Shown here piece by piece: positions 48,635 through 62,212 of a stretch of 64,000 nucleotides of DNA; position 1 is the stretch's first letter; each line of letters starts with the position of its first letter. The stretch comes from Sarea resinae. Taxonomy: Eukaryota. A program made the translations under genes and the position numbers. The notes beneath the pieces were generated by a model that was not told the DNA's origin, ran no database searches, and saw nothing but the letters and a program-made list of their open reading frames with translations. Location of the stretch: the NCBI GenBank assembly GCA_026026165.1, contig JAPEUD010000010.1:186001-250000 (forward strand). Direction: 5' to 3'.

Positions 48635-49354
48635 GATGATCAAGGTCTACTGTAGAAGTACTCTGAGTAGGCTGCCTGCTTGTTGGTATGAGGCAAGCTT
48701 CGCTGCTAGCTGTCACGTCGAGATGCACTAATGTGCTCGAGTGCATCTGCTCGTACTGGGTACGATTCCTTCACCAGCACTCGACGCGGTCGATGAGGTA
48801 CCCGCAACCTCATCGACCACGATCTCGGCAAAAAGCTTGACACTGGATGACACCGGATGACATCTCGGCAGCTCGTTGATGGGCAAAGTACGGGGTACAC
48901 AGGGTCCCTAGAGTCCCTATCTCAGTGCCTAATTTAGTCCCCACCCCGTCCTGGGGGACCCTCCAAACGTGGTGTCCATCGGGGGCCCCTCGATGTGAAG
49001 GGGCTTTTTCATCCTCCCCACCTGCAAATCCCATCTTCGCCAACAGGTACCCGGTACCCGATACCTGCTGCTCTTGCCTCCCATGACGATCATGGAACCG
49101 GAGAGCTGAGACCGTCCCGTCCTCTTCCCTTCACTGCCAGATGCCAATTCGGCTCCATCTTCACCTCCTCCACATCCCCCTGATGAAAATGTAGGCGTTC
49201 TCCTTGTGTCGCGTAGCTCCAAGCCTCCTGATATGTATTGAGAGAGACGTCCGAAGACGCTGCACGTCCATCCAGCTCTCATTTTCCCTTGCCAGATCAA
49301 TTTCGACCATTCGTTGAAGTTCGCCGGTGAGACCTCTGGTGCACTCCATGCGCC

Positions 49355-51522
49355 ATGTCTTCGACACGCAGCCATCACTCGGAAGACCGCCCAACTTCGC
49401 CTTCGCCTTTTCCCACCTTGCACGAAGATGTCGAAGCGCAGTCTCCCAGTCGACTCAGATATTCCCATACCATCCCCAGCAAGAAAACCTCTAGCTCGCA
49501 ACGCAGTTCTTCGGAGACGATGCATCCTCGCCAGAGGAGATCCACGACGGTGAAGGCATACCATCAGCAGGGACCCAACTGGCATCCGGGCCAGGAACCC
49601 GGCATCGACACCGCCAAGCCATATTCCGGCTTTCCACCAACCCATCTTCCAGAGCTTTACCAGGACTGCAAGATTACCGTGGTGGACTTCTCCCAAGATG
49701 ACATACGCCAGCATTGGTTCAATAATCACAGTGTTGGTCCGTTCTTAGCTCAACCGAAGGAAGATTGGGTTTCCTGCCGCTGGATCAACGTCAATGGTCT
49801 GAGCTGGGACGTAATTCAGCTACTTGGGAATGACAAGGGGCTCCACAGGCTGGCCATTGAAGATCTAATGAACAGCAAAAATAGGACAAAGGCAGATTGG
49901 TACGTTTGCTCACCCTGTGTATAGTGCTAGGCAGCTAATCCAAGCACTTGCCAGGTATTCCAACCATGTGTACAGTATGTTTGAAGGACCAGATTTCCTC
50001 ACAGGTCTGAACTGACTTTAGTTTAGTCGTACTTACCCTTCAGAAGCTGGTGCGCCAACATTCGGAGACACCGCAAGATCTAGACAGCTCCGAAGAAAGC
50101 GATCGCTCAGTTGACGAGACAAAGGCCGAAGCAAGCTCCTCGCATAAAAAGGGCAATTTTTACTCATTCCTGAGAAATTTGCTCCCGTCCTCGGACTCTC
50201 AGCCCGATGCACTTGTCCAAAGCAGCACTGGAGCATCTACGGGAGAGAATCCGAATACGCCAGGTTTCGTTGATGCTGATGTTACTGGCTCCCCTGCAGT
50301 CTCTCTGCCCACTGCTAGAAGCCTTCAGAGATATCACGGAGGGCCCAACACGGAACGAACAGAATTCATGGAGCGCGAATCTCCTCTCTCGAAGAAGGGC
50401 ATGGCCGTCAGTGTAGAGCAGGTCTCCATTTTTCTTACTTCGGATAACACCGTCATCTCGTTCTTTGAGAACTCTGCAGACGATGTAGAGACACCGATCC
50501 TCTCGCGGTTGAATACCCCGGACACTATCCTGCGACGCACATGCGACGCCAGCATGGTGACTCAAGCCATCGTCGATGCCATCATCGACTTGGCACTGCC
50601 AGTGGTGTCGGCTTATCAAGATGCTCTCGGCGAACTCGAACTCGACGTTTTGATCCGGCCTGATATCCATCACACTACCTCTCTTTACATCCTGACGTCC
50701 GAGATTGGTCTTCTCAAGTCTATCATTCAGCCCATCGTCAGTCTCGTCAACGCATTACGAAACAATAGGGCCGATGCCGTTCCTGCTCCAGTCATCAGTG
50801 GCAAGCCGATGAGACTGAGTACGTCGAGTGTTAGCATGAGTCCAGTCGCGCACATCTATCTGGCTGATGTCGAGGACCATACTATCATGATAACAAATAC
50901 ACTGGATCAATTGATGAAGGCTGCAGATAACATGATTGACTTGATCTTCAATACCATCAGTAGGCTATCTGTCCCTTGCGTTCGGCTTGATGACATAATC
51001 GGACCACTGACTTGAAGCCACAGGTGCTTATCAGAACGAGAGCATGAAGCAGTTGACTCTCGTCACTATTCTGTTCTTGCCAATGACTTTCCTAACGGTA
51101 CCTGATTCCTTGAGCTTCTACTGCCTCCAGCTGAGCCTCTACTGACAGCATGGAAAGGGATATTTCGGGATGAATTTCGTTCGCTTCGACGGCGTCCACA
51201 ATCATAGCGATGCGTTAGTCCTTGCCTCTCTTCCCTCTCCCCAGGCTCTATCTCCATCTTGCTCTAATATTGCCGCTCACAGATATTTCTGGTGGATTGC
51301 TATCCCCGTCGGCGTAGTTACTGCAATATATCTGATGTAAGCTTGTCCTTTATCAGTTGCCTACCTCCAAACGCCGAAATCAATGGACAAGACCTTGACC
51401 TATTTCACTTCGACAGGCGTGGCATGCTCGAACGGTATGCCAAGAAACGGTGGCAGAGGCACAGCATCTCTCGTGCAAGAAAGCTCAGGACAGGGAGAGA
51501 GAGGGCGGCGCGGAGGCGCTAG
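49355..51522 (+). CDS. CorA-family Mg2+/divalent metal transporter-like protein (multi-exon)
   Basis: [79 protein letters not shown] (GMN signature). Includes a 20-nt micro-exon at about 49955-49974. Confidence 0.9.
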
Positions 51523-52043
51523 AAATTATCTCTCTGGCGCATTGGATGAGATATCAGAACGGAACGCGGCGTTCTTGGTCAAGGGGATCATTGGCTGCAT
51601 TTCAATTTTTAGAGTTCGCGCAAAAGTAAGAAGCGTCTGTCGAGGCATTGACCAATGCTGTTCTGCCTGTCACGACGAATGATTAGAGTGCATTTAGATA
51701 CCAATCGTCAATGAATTAGGCGACTCATTTACCTTATCAAGGTAGTTAGCTACCTACTCTCTAAAGGCGAATAATATGGAAATGCGTGATTTGCATGATT
51801 CTCATGCCCATTTTGGCGGGTCAGGAATGCTCTAGCTGTCGCATTCCTGGGTTGGCGCTATTGACGCTATTGACGCTTTTGACGTTAGCCAGCTTGCGAT
51901 AGCGCTTATCAGCACAACATGACGGTGGCGTCGCTCTTACCTCTTAGGTGGCCTGGACGCTTGGGGCATTCTGGGCGCCAAAAGGTCAACACCCGGCGTT
52001 CACTGACGTCTGCGCATCAGACTCGGCTGACCCCAAACATCAA

Positions 52044-53725
52044 ATGGACAGCCCACGCGCGGGAGGAGTGGTGGTGATCTCTGGAGGCAGCGCGGCTAAC
52101 AGCTTGGTGGACATCTTCACGAATCTGGCCGAGAGCAAGAGGTGCTCGCTCAGTTACATTATCCCGATCAGCGACAATGGCGGCAGCTCCAGCGAACTGA
52201 TTCGCGTATTTGGAGGGCCCGGCATTGGCGATCTTCGCAGTAAGTTGCTGCCCTTCGAGGATCCGCACTCAAGATCTGCCTTCAAACGAGTCCATCTATG
52301 GGCTAACGCTCCATCCCCTGCTGCACAGGTCGCCTCATCCGGCTCATCCCCGAAGACGACGATCCAACCTCGGAGCGCAACGCCATCAAGGCCATCTTCA
52401 ACCACCGCCTCCCGGCCTCCTCGGATCTGGCCCGCCTCGAATGGCTCGAGATCGTCGAAGCGCGCCATCCGCTCTGGAAGCACATCTCGCCCGCGAAGAA
52501 GGAGTTAATCCGATCATTCCTCAACCTCGTCAACCTCGAGATCGTCAAGCGCGCGCGCCCGTCCTCGGTCTTCAACTTTGCCTTTGCCAGCATCGGCAAT
52601 CTGTTCCTCACGGGCGCGCGCGTCTTCTCCGGCAGTCTGGAGAGCGCCATCTACCTCCTCAGCACCATCGGCGGCGTGCCCCAGAACATCCAAGTCATCC
52701 CCGCCATCAACTCGAACTTCTCGCACCACATCTCCGCCGGTCTGGCCGACGGCTCCGTGATCTCGGGCCAAAATGACATCTCCCATCCTTCAGTCCCTAC
52801 ACGTCTCCCGAGCGCCTCCCCCTTCAATCCCCAAGAAGAAGAAGAAAAAGGAGAAGAAGAGAAATCGTCCAGCTCGACTTCGCGCCCCACCACCCCCGAC
52901 CCCATAAGCCCCACGCGCGAAACCGAAGCCCAGGACCGAATCGAAGACGCCACGCTCCCCGGCTCCCTGCCGACCCTGCGCAAACAATACCTACACGTCA
53001 GCAAAGCCACCGAGACCGACCTGCCGGCCCGCATCCAACGGATCTGGTACATTAACCCCTACGGGCAAGAGATCCGGCCGCCAGTCAACCCGAAAGCCAT
53101 CGAGTCCCTCCGGACCGCCACCAGCCTCATCTACAGCATCGGCTCCCTGTACACGTCGATCCTGCCGTGCGTGATCCTGCGCGGCGTCGGCGACGCCCTC
53201 GCCAGCGCCCCCAGCCTGCGCCACAAGATCCTCATCCTCAACGGCTCGCTCGACCGCGAGACCGGGCCGGCCCGCCACCCCTTTTCGGCTCTGGACTTCG
53301 TCGCCGCCGTCGCCCGCGCCGGCGCCGAGAGCCGCGGTCGCAGGACCCCGCCCGACGAGCAGGAGTACCGCCTCTATGTCACGCATGTCATCTACGTGGA
53401 GGGCGAGGGCGCGCCCGTCGTCGACCGCGCCCGGCTGCTGGAGCTCGGGATCGAGTGCGTCCGGGTCTATGGTCGGCGCTTGAATGGCGGCGGCGGTGCT
53501 GGCAGCGCTGGTACTAGTAATGGTGCTGGTGGTGCTGTTGGCGGTGCCAACGACCCCAAGCCCAACACCAACACCAACATCAACACCAACATCAACACCA
53601 ACACCAACACCGACGCCCAAAAAGGCGCCCGCTACGATCCCAAGGCCCTCAGTCAAGCCCTCGAGGCCATCCTCGGCAAACGCCCCGACCGCATCAACCG
53701 CCGCATGACCATCGAGCACATGTAA
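52044..53725 (+). CDS. CofD/YvcK (UPF0052) family protein, YNL011C-like
   Basis: VVISGGSAAN, IIPISDNGGSSSELIRVFGGPGIGDLR|SRLIRLIP, ASIGNLFLTGARVFSGSLESAI, GSVISGQNDISHPS, RIWYINPYGQE, YSIGSLYTSI, ILNGSLDRET. Confidence 0.9.
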
Positions 53726-53735
53726 AAAGTGCTTC

Positions 53736-54400
53736 GTGCGTGTGTGTGTGTATGTAAGTGTGTATAGGTGTGGAAAAGGGACGGGAAAAGGGGGTGTGGG
53801 GAAAGGGTGGGCCGCTGCACATATCTCAGCATCGCCAGATTACCAACACCACGAGACCTCGCACCCAGAACCCAGAACCCAGGACCCAGAACCCAGGAGG
53901 CAGAACCCAGGAGGCAGAACCCAGAGTCAGAACCCAGAGTCAGAACCAGAAAGTCTGCTCAATCGTTGTTTCCGTCCGTCCGTACGTACGTAGCTAGCAT
54001 GCACGCATCTTTAGTCGACATGCCTCTTCCATCCCAGAATGCGTACCTAGTCGGCCCGCTGCCTCAGGTTACGTACGTACACACGATCGATCAATCCATC
54101 CACGCATACGGGGGCGTGAAACGGCTACTCTGTTTCCGTCATGAGATATAGAAAGGGGGGGAAAAAGGAGAAAAAGGGAAAACGGGAAAGGAGAAATGAG
54201 GAAGGGATAATGAGAAAAAGGAAAAGGAAAAGGAAAAGGGAGAAGGGAATTGGATCACATTTACATTTGCATCTCCATTTCCATTTCCATTTACATTTAC
54301 ATGTATTTGTACCTGAGGGCCGGGGAGATTTGTTTTTTTTTTCTGTTCTGCTACTACTGTTACTGCTGCTCTCGTTTTCGTTTCTCCTGTCTTTTTTTTG
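53736..54400. repeat. Microsatellite island 5
   Basis: (GT)n at 53736-53765, heptamer (CCCAGAA/CCCAGGA)n at 53863-53950, (CCGT)n at about 53970, (AAAAGG)n at about 54215, (CATTTM)n at 54258-54300. Confidence 0.9.
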
Positions 54401-55225
54401 GTATTGTATTGGTGTGGTACACATTGTACTTGTATTTCTACTATCATGGCACGCCATAATCCATATCCCCATATGATCCATCTGATCCCGTATTACGTTT
54501 CTACGTTTTCAACGCCAAACTTCAACAAGACGACATCCCATCTCCGACACGACAATACGGTAGGTAGTCTAGACAAGACGGTTGTCTCAGCAAACATTCT
54601 ATTTTTGGTGACTGCAAACGGGACAGTAGACCAAGACAAGACGAGAGTGACGGGAGGGAGCAAGGAGACTCCGCCAAGGTAAGGTAAGCAGAGGGGTGTA
54701 TATGAGGATGATGAGAAAGAAATACAAGGCGGATGGGGGATGGGGCTCTCTTTTTTCTTTTCCAGCTAGGATGGGATTGTGGCTATGGTCTCTCGTTCGA
54801 TGGGGGAAAGGGCTCAGGGAGACTATGTGCTAGTGATACAAGTCCTGATCTGACCATTGTTGGTGTGGTTGGTGCGGTGGACGGGCTTGTAAGAGAGTCG
54901 GATTGATGTGGAACGGATGCTGTACCGATCGATGAAGGCGAAAAAAAAAAGTGAAGACAAGAGAGGTAGATGTCCGCCAGTGTGGATAGAGAGGTGCAAA
55001 CATCGGCGGCAAACGAGCAAGCAATGGCGCTTGCCTATCATCGGCCCGACATTGAAGAACAGTGAGGTCGAAAGTCGTAAACGTCATGCCAGGCCGTATC
55101 CTGCAATAGCCTGCAATACCGATGGTATCCACAACGCCCAATGCCCATATTATCTGAACCACTCGTCGGCCCACGCCAGTAAAGTCTCGACACGCCGTGA
55201 CTCGCTCAAGCAACGCGACAAGAGG

Positions 55226-56435
55226 TCAGTTTTTGACCGGCTGTTTGCCTTTATCGATTCTCTTCCGAGGCATACGCATCAGCTCCAAGGGTATGATTTC
55301 CTTGACGCCGCGCTTCTCCTGTCGCCGGATTCGTTTCCGGCACACGGGGCATTTGGAGTGAGCCTGTTGCGGCCCAGGCTGGCTCTCGCCCGCTATCAAT
55401 GCCTCCATGAGGCAGGTGTGGCAAAATAGGTGGCCTGCCAGTGATAGCAAGTTAGTAAGATGATGATTGAGGGCGAAGAAAAAGGTAAAGACAAGACATA
55501 CCACAATCCGTGGCTGTCAAATCCGTCGGTATTTCCATGCAGATGACGCAAGTCATGGTTCCAAAGCGATTCGACTCGTCGCCTTTCTGACGCTGAGCTT
55601 GTATCTGATCGGCACGCTGCTTTTGAAGCGCGGCGGAGAGGCTGGCGTCATCGTCAACGTCGACGAGGTCGACTTCTTCGATGGACGCTGCGTTACTGGG
55701 CACCTGGCTGCTAGCTTTCCGACCGGCAGCATTAGATGCGGACGAGGAGGGTGTCGCCTTACGGCGTTTTCCCTTCGAGGGAGTAGCGGGATCGGAGGCG
55801 TTGACCTCTGCGATGGTGCGTTTGTTGGCTGTTCTGGGCATGGTGTCGGGATGGGATGGTATTCGTGTCAAGTCGATGAGGCCATGAGGGTTGGAGGAAT
55901 CATGGCTCCGGGTGTTGGCCGCCATAGAGTCGTCCGCGAGCAGGTCCCCGTAAATGGAGTCAGAGTCAAGAGTGTTGTAAGAGGGATCGCTGTGAAGGTG
56001 GGGCGCGGTGTTATTGGTGTGGAATGAAGCTTGAGGGGGGTCGGAAGGGAACTGTGCTCTTAGATATTCATCGAAGGTGGTGTAAAATGCGTCTGGAGAA
56101 GGGCCATTCACTGGAGGCAGCCCCAGGGCGGAGAAGTCTGGAGGGCTGCCGAAATCCGAAGTTGCTTCAGGGGCAGGCAGTGGTGGCGGGGGCAACGAGC
56201 CGTCTCTGTCGGGCAGCCTGCGGGGAGATGCAGACGCAGACGCAGATGCAGATTCCGAAAGCGCTGATGCTGTTTGCTCGGACGGGTCACTGGATATCGA
56301 TTCGGAGTCGGTCTGCAGGCCTTCGTCGCTGTCTACCTCAGAGAAGTCGTGGGGGCCATGGGGATCTTCCATAGATGAGGCCGGCGAAGAGGCATCATCG
56401 GAAGCGCTGCCAGCGGTGGTCGTCGACTGAGACAT
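55226..56435 (-). CDS. SIM-containing C3HC4 RING protein, Slx8/Rfp-like SUMO-targeted ubiquitin ligase
   Basis: SIM-like LIDLT and IEEVDLVDVDDD; RING CVICME..TATDCG|HLFCHTCL...KCPVCR split by one intron; acidic disordered N-terminus. Confidence 0.8.
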
Positions 56436-56916
56436 CGGATGTGTGTGTTGCTGTTTCAGCGATTCACCGAACGGCTGCGAGAGAGGCTCGCCCTCGACGA
56501 TGCAAAGCGTCTGCACGACCTGCCAGTTCGTCGTCGCTTGATCCTCCCGGCCTGGTTCGATCGGGACATGACAATCATCATGGCGACTGTGACAATGGAA
56601 AGTGCAGTCACAGTCCACATACTGCGACTTCGTACATCGGGCCTGGGCCTCGGCTGCACACCCGACCGCATCATTCTCCGGCTGCCCATTGCGCCACCTA
56701 TGCCTCTGCACAGAGAGCCGTTGCGGCATGCCGTAATTTATCTCTCGACGCAATAGCCACATCGGGCCTAGTCGCTTCTCCCTGCCTCGAGGAAACTCCA
56801 TCGGAGAGTCAGAGGAAGAGACGAGGACATCATCATATGCACCATCATTGCGACATGGAACGAGATCCCACCAATACGCCTCCCAACCGCAATGCGCTGA
56901 CTTCAAGCTTCTCTTG

Positions 56917-59900
56917 ATGATGCTCGTTTCCCGGAGCCTGAAGGGTTGTGGAGATGGCTGTTCGGCCAGAGCTGTTGCGCTCTGGCCTGCGACGCGCTCG
57001 CGCACGAGGGCCCCTTTAATCGTCAGCATCGCCAGGAGGTCGTATGCGAAGGAGGCATCTTCGAGCGCGACCGGTCGGCCGTCAAGGTCGGATAGCCTAT
57101 CTCGTGAGTATTGACACCTATGGCTCTACTTGCGATATTTTCTAAGCCCGATCTTCAGTCCCCGCGACAGCGCGCTTTAACGAAATCGGCATTCAACATC
57201 TAAGCAGCCACGTCCACCAACAGATCTTCCCTGATACCGTGATACCTCCGCCCAAGGATCTCGTTGAACTGTCCAAGGATCATCTCGGACGCCATCAGTT
57301 ATTGGGGAAGAACCAGGACAATGCCGAAGCCATCGCGTTTAATCTGCCCGAACTCCAGGGGCGCACATTGGATGAGCACTTCTATAAGCTTGGCATGGAC
57401 GCTGCCGAACCATATCTGACCGCGGCAAAAGATTTCGCGCGGATGAATGCACCACCGAAGCCACGGAAATGGGTGAAAAGGAGTGGCTGGACCAAGTACT
57501 ACTCTGATGGGAAAACCGAGGCTGTAGATGCTCCGCAGGAATCTATGTTGACTTTCGATACGGAGGTCATGTGGAAGGAGAGTTCCTTTGCTGTCATGGC
57601 GTGCGCGGCCAGTCCGACGGCCTGGTATGCCTGGCTTTCACCATGGCTTCTTGGAGAATCCGAAACAGATCGACACTTGATACCACTCGGAGACCCCAAA
57701 AAGGAGAGAATCGTTGTCGGACACAACATCGGATACGACAGAGCTCGCATATTGGAGGAATATGATGTCCAGCAGTCCAAAAATTCGTTTCTGGATACGA
57801 TGTCACTTCATGTGGCCGTTAACGGGATGTGCTCACGACAACGACCCACCTGGATGAAGCATAGGAAAAATCGAGAAGTAAGGGACAAGATAGCGAACGA
57901 GACCAATTCCGTCGAACTCGCAGCATTACTGGATTCTAAGTCGTTAACAGAGGAAGAGGAGGAACTTTGGGTCGGTAGAAGCTCTGTCAACTCTCTGCGA
58001 GACGTTGCAAAATTCCACTGCGGAGTCACCATCGATAAGGCTCAGCGGGACCAATTTGGAGAATTGGATCGAGCCGGCGTCGTGGCAAAATATGACGAGC
58101 TTCTGGACTACTGCGCTGCCGATGTGGCCATCACGCACAATGTCTACAAGAAAGTCTTCCCGAATTTCTTGGAGACGTGCCCGCATCCTGTCAGCTTTGC
58201 CGCCCTCCGCCACCTCTCTTCTGTCATATTGCCCGTCGACAGAACTTGGGAGTCATATCTCGCAAATGCCGAGGCCACATACCACAAGCTCTCAGATGCT
58301 GTACAGCAGCGCTTGATAGACTTGACCGACCGAGCGCTTGCCATCAAACAGGATGAGAGCAAGTACAATACCGACCCTTGGTTAAGCCAGTTAGACTGGT
58401 CGGGACAAGAGATCAAGATGGTCAAGGGTAAGAAGAAAAACGACCCACCACGACCCGCTGCTCGACAAAAGAAACCAGGTGCGCCGAAATGGTATCGCGA
58501 TCTCTTTGCCAAGAACGACTCTCCCATAAGCCTGACCGTGAGGACGAGAATTGCCCCATTGCTTCTCCGACTAGCCTGGGATGGTCACCCTCTCGTCTGG
58601 TCGGACAAATACGGTTTTACATTCCAGGTCCCGCTATCCGAAGCCTTTATGTACAATGACAAGCCTGTCGTTGAGTGTGACATGTCTGATGAGAAGGACA
58701 TTGCTCTCCGAGACGATCGAAAGCACATGTACTTCAAGCTTCCACACAAGGATGGACCGCTGGCGCGATGTACGAACCCACTAGCCAAGGGCTACCTGCA
58801 ATATTTCGAAAACGGCACCCTTTCTTCCGAGTTCAGTTATGCCAAGGAAGCCTTGGAAATGAATGCCTCCTGCTCTTATTGGATCAGCGCGAGAGATCGG
58901 ATCATGTCTCAGATGGTAGTTTACGAAGGCGATACAGCGCCTTCAAAGACCAAAAAGCGCAAATCTCAGAAGAATGTAGGATTTATCCTCCCTCAGGTCA
59001 TTCCCATGGGGACTATAACCAGAAGGGCGGTCGAAAATACATGGTTGACTGCCAGCAACGCCAAAAAGAACCGTGTTGGCTCTGAGCTGAAGTCAATGGT
59101 CAAAGCTCCGCCAGGCTATTGCTTTGTCGGTGCTGATGTCGACTCGGAAGAGCTCTGGATTGCGAGCCTGGTTGGTGATGCACAGTTCAAACTACATGGC
59201 GGAACCGCCATTGGCTTCATGACGCTTGAAGGCACGAAAGCGGCGGGCACAGACCTGCACTCGAAGACGGCAAACATCTTGGGTATCTCCAGAAACGATG
59301 CCAAGGTCTTCAACTATGGACGTATCTACGGTGCTGGCTTGAAATTCGCTTCGACTTTGCTGCGGCAATTCAATCCCAATTTGTCAGATGCCGAGACGGC
59401 TCAGATCGCCGGAAACCTCTACAAAGAGACCAAAGGAGTGAAGACTACTCGAAAGCTTCTCCATGAGAGAGCATTCTGGCGAGGTGGTACCGAATCATTC
59501 GTTTTCAACAAGCTCGAAGAATTTGCCGAGCATGAACGTCCCCGGACTCCTGTTTTGGGTGCGGGCATCACCGAGGCACTCATGCGTCGCTTCATCAATA
59601 AGGGCGGTTTCATGACGTCCCGTATCAATTGGGCCATTCAATCTTCCGGCGTCGACTATCTACATCTCCTGCTTATCTCCATGGACTACCTCATTCGCCG
59701 CTTCAACTTGGACGCTCGCTTGGCCATTACAGTGCACGATGAAATACGATATCTCGTCAAGGACAAGGATAAATACCGCGCAGCTATGGCCCTTCAGGTG
59801 GCCAATGTCTGGACCCGGGCTATGTTCTCTCAGCAGATGGGGATCAATGACCTTCCCCAAGCGTGTGCTTACTTCTCCGCCGTTGACATTGATCATGTGC

Positions 59901-60391
59901 TGAGAAAAGAGGTCGACATGGATTGTATCACTCCTTCACATCCAGACAAGATCCCACACGGAGAGAGTCTCGACATCAACGGGCTCCTCGGCAAAGGAGC
60001 CGAAGCTTACCTCGACCCCAAGATCAAACCTCTTGATCCGCCACAGGTCCAGAACTACAATTATACGGAACGAGAACCGGTCATGGCCAGCTTGCAGTCG
60101 ACAACCGATCTCAACTTCCTTCGGGCACAGATCACCGGCGACGACAAGGAGCTCCGCGACATCATCAAGGAGAGTCGGAAATCCCCCACCACCAAAGCAG
60201 CCGCTGCTCCCAAGACTTTTCGTGGCCAAAAGAAGCCAGCACCACCCCACAACCAGCCTCAGATGGTCGAACTGTTCGAAGTGCCCACTTGGGAAGAGCA
60301 ATTTCACACCCGATGGCAGCAAGGGAAGCAGAAAAACTGGGGAGCCTTTGAGCGACCCCACCATAAGTTTCGGCCCGCAAGTAGGATCTGA
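56917..60391 (+). CDS. MIP1: Mitochondrial DNA polymerase gamma
   Basis: Presequence exon MMLVSRSL...RRSYA, intron about 57104-57158, RFNEIGIQHLS. Exo I TFDTEV, Exo II VGHNIGYDRARI, Exo III YCAADV. Pol A VGADVDSEELWIA, Pol B RNDAKVFNYGRIYGAG, Pol C ITVHDEIRY. Confidence 0.98.
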
Positions 60392-62212
60392 AGTGGCCGA
60401 CTTTCACTCCATACTCGACGGCGGCAACGAAAGCAGCGAGGCCGGTGAAGCTCGGAGCGATCATCATCCAAGCTTCGAGCCGCAATCACGATCTGGAGTG
60501 CCCGACGTCGATCCACAACCTGACAGCCGCAGGGAAGCACCTAGGATCGACTCGGCACCCATTGACGGCAGGGAAAGCAGAAGCACGGGGGAGCCTTCGG
60601 GCGAGCAGACTCCAAGCGTCGGCGGGCAGGCAGGATCCGAAGCGGCCGAATACCTTGTGACATCCGTCCTGGTCCTTTCCTTTTTCGTATTCAAATTCTT
60701 GGGCGGGGCATGATTTCTCGACTATGTGCGTTGGGGCGACGGATGGGCGGTGTACTGGCTATCTATGGAGTCGTGTGTTTGTTTTTCCGAGTCGCCTTCA
60801 GCCAGAGAACCATGTACGATAGTAATTGTCGGATGAGACGAGGGCGATGGGGCCCGTGGGTGGCACTGTGCCTCTTTTGTGATGCTATCGATGTACGATG
60901 CTGGATGGCAGGAGTCTCTGTACGATATTTATCCTTCCTGGCGTGGTGCGGTGTAGTGCCTCATTATCTACCTACCTACTCTAGCTCGTCCATGGGAGAC
61001 AGCTGAAGATGGTGCATTTTCTTGTTGCTCAGTGTTCGGGCCATTTACGCAGTGTGTCCGTCGCAGTCGACGCACGATGATGAAGTCGCGTGCCCGTGGC
61101 TGGTGGAAGATGGCGTAGTACTACGTAGTTGCTACAGAGGAGGTTCCATTGTTTCCTTCGTCACTCGACGACGAACATGGACGACGTCACGTCATCGGCG
61201 TTGCTGACAGCTGGAGGGAGAGACCTCCCTCCATGTCACGACCCCCGCCGCCGCGAGGGCGCTAGTCCTGGTCGGGCATCGTCGCTGACGGCCTGATCCA
61301 GCGCCGACCCCCCGCCATGGATCGTCGCGATGATGTCACTCACCGCTGGATGGCCTTCCAACGTTGTCCATGGTGTCTCTCCGTGAGCCGAGAATCAGGT
61401 AGAATCGCATCGAGGACGTCGAACCGGAGTGAAGCAGAACAGAGTGTCTACGAGCAGACCGTTGGTGGCGGTTGTGACGGCAGCTTCCATCGAGTCGAGA
61501 AAGTTGGTGGGGCAGAGGGGGAGGGAGGGAGGGAGGGAGGTAGTACGAATGGAAGCCAACCTACTCGAGTATGCCATTCTCCTCCTGTCGCCATCATGGC
61601 CACATCTGCGATCACACGGGATCCGAGATCAGAGATCCGGAAACGCGACAATTGCATGCTGACCTGAGGATGTGCAAAGTACCTGACGTCTTTGGTGGCT
61701 AACCTGGAAGGTCATGGAAGGTAGGCGGATTGGCGAATGAGGTACTTGTAGTGTGGCAGTGATGACGAGCTCCTGCCATCGACGAGTAACAGGACCGAGG
61801 CCGAGGCAGGTCGATACTTGGAAATCGGGGGAGTGCCTGGTGGAGCAGCTGGTACTCTAGAGCTCGAGACGGAGTACCTGACTCTGGTGGACGCATACGC
61901 AGGGCCGGGCAGGGCAAGCAGACAAGAGCAAGCCGAGCAGACCAGACCAGAGCAGGGTTGCTTCCAAGCAACCTGCCCTACGCCCACTGTAGTACTACGG
62001 ATACTACTACTGCTATCCTCGTAGACGACAGTGACACAACGTCACCGAGGGCTCGAGGCCGACCAAGATAAAGACGGCCTGCTCTTGTTCGACTCTTCGA
62101 TCCATTCACACCCTCCCACCTTCACCCCTCATCTCCATCGTCCATCCATCCATCCTCGAGACATCTTCACGTCCGCATCGACGAACGACCGACCATCATC
62201 TGAAACCACATC

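Noticed and set aside
53863..53950. Regularly spaced short repeats superficially like a CRISPR array
   Set aside because: Tandem heptamers without spacers, in a eukaryotic context with no cas genes.
54830..55213. 127-aa minus-strand ORF just downstream of the RING gene
   Set aside because: TTG start and no domain; most likely 3' UTR.
36449..60391. Apparent clustering of mitochondrial (AEP2, IBA57, MIP1) and splicing (LSM3, CWC23) genes
   Set aside because: Interspersed with unrelated genes; these categories are common enough to co-occur by chance.
60380..60391. Pol gamma ends in -SRI, a PTS1-like tripeptide
   Set aside because: Non-consensus for fungi, and the protein has a mitochondrial presequence.
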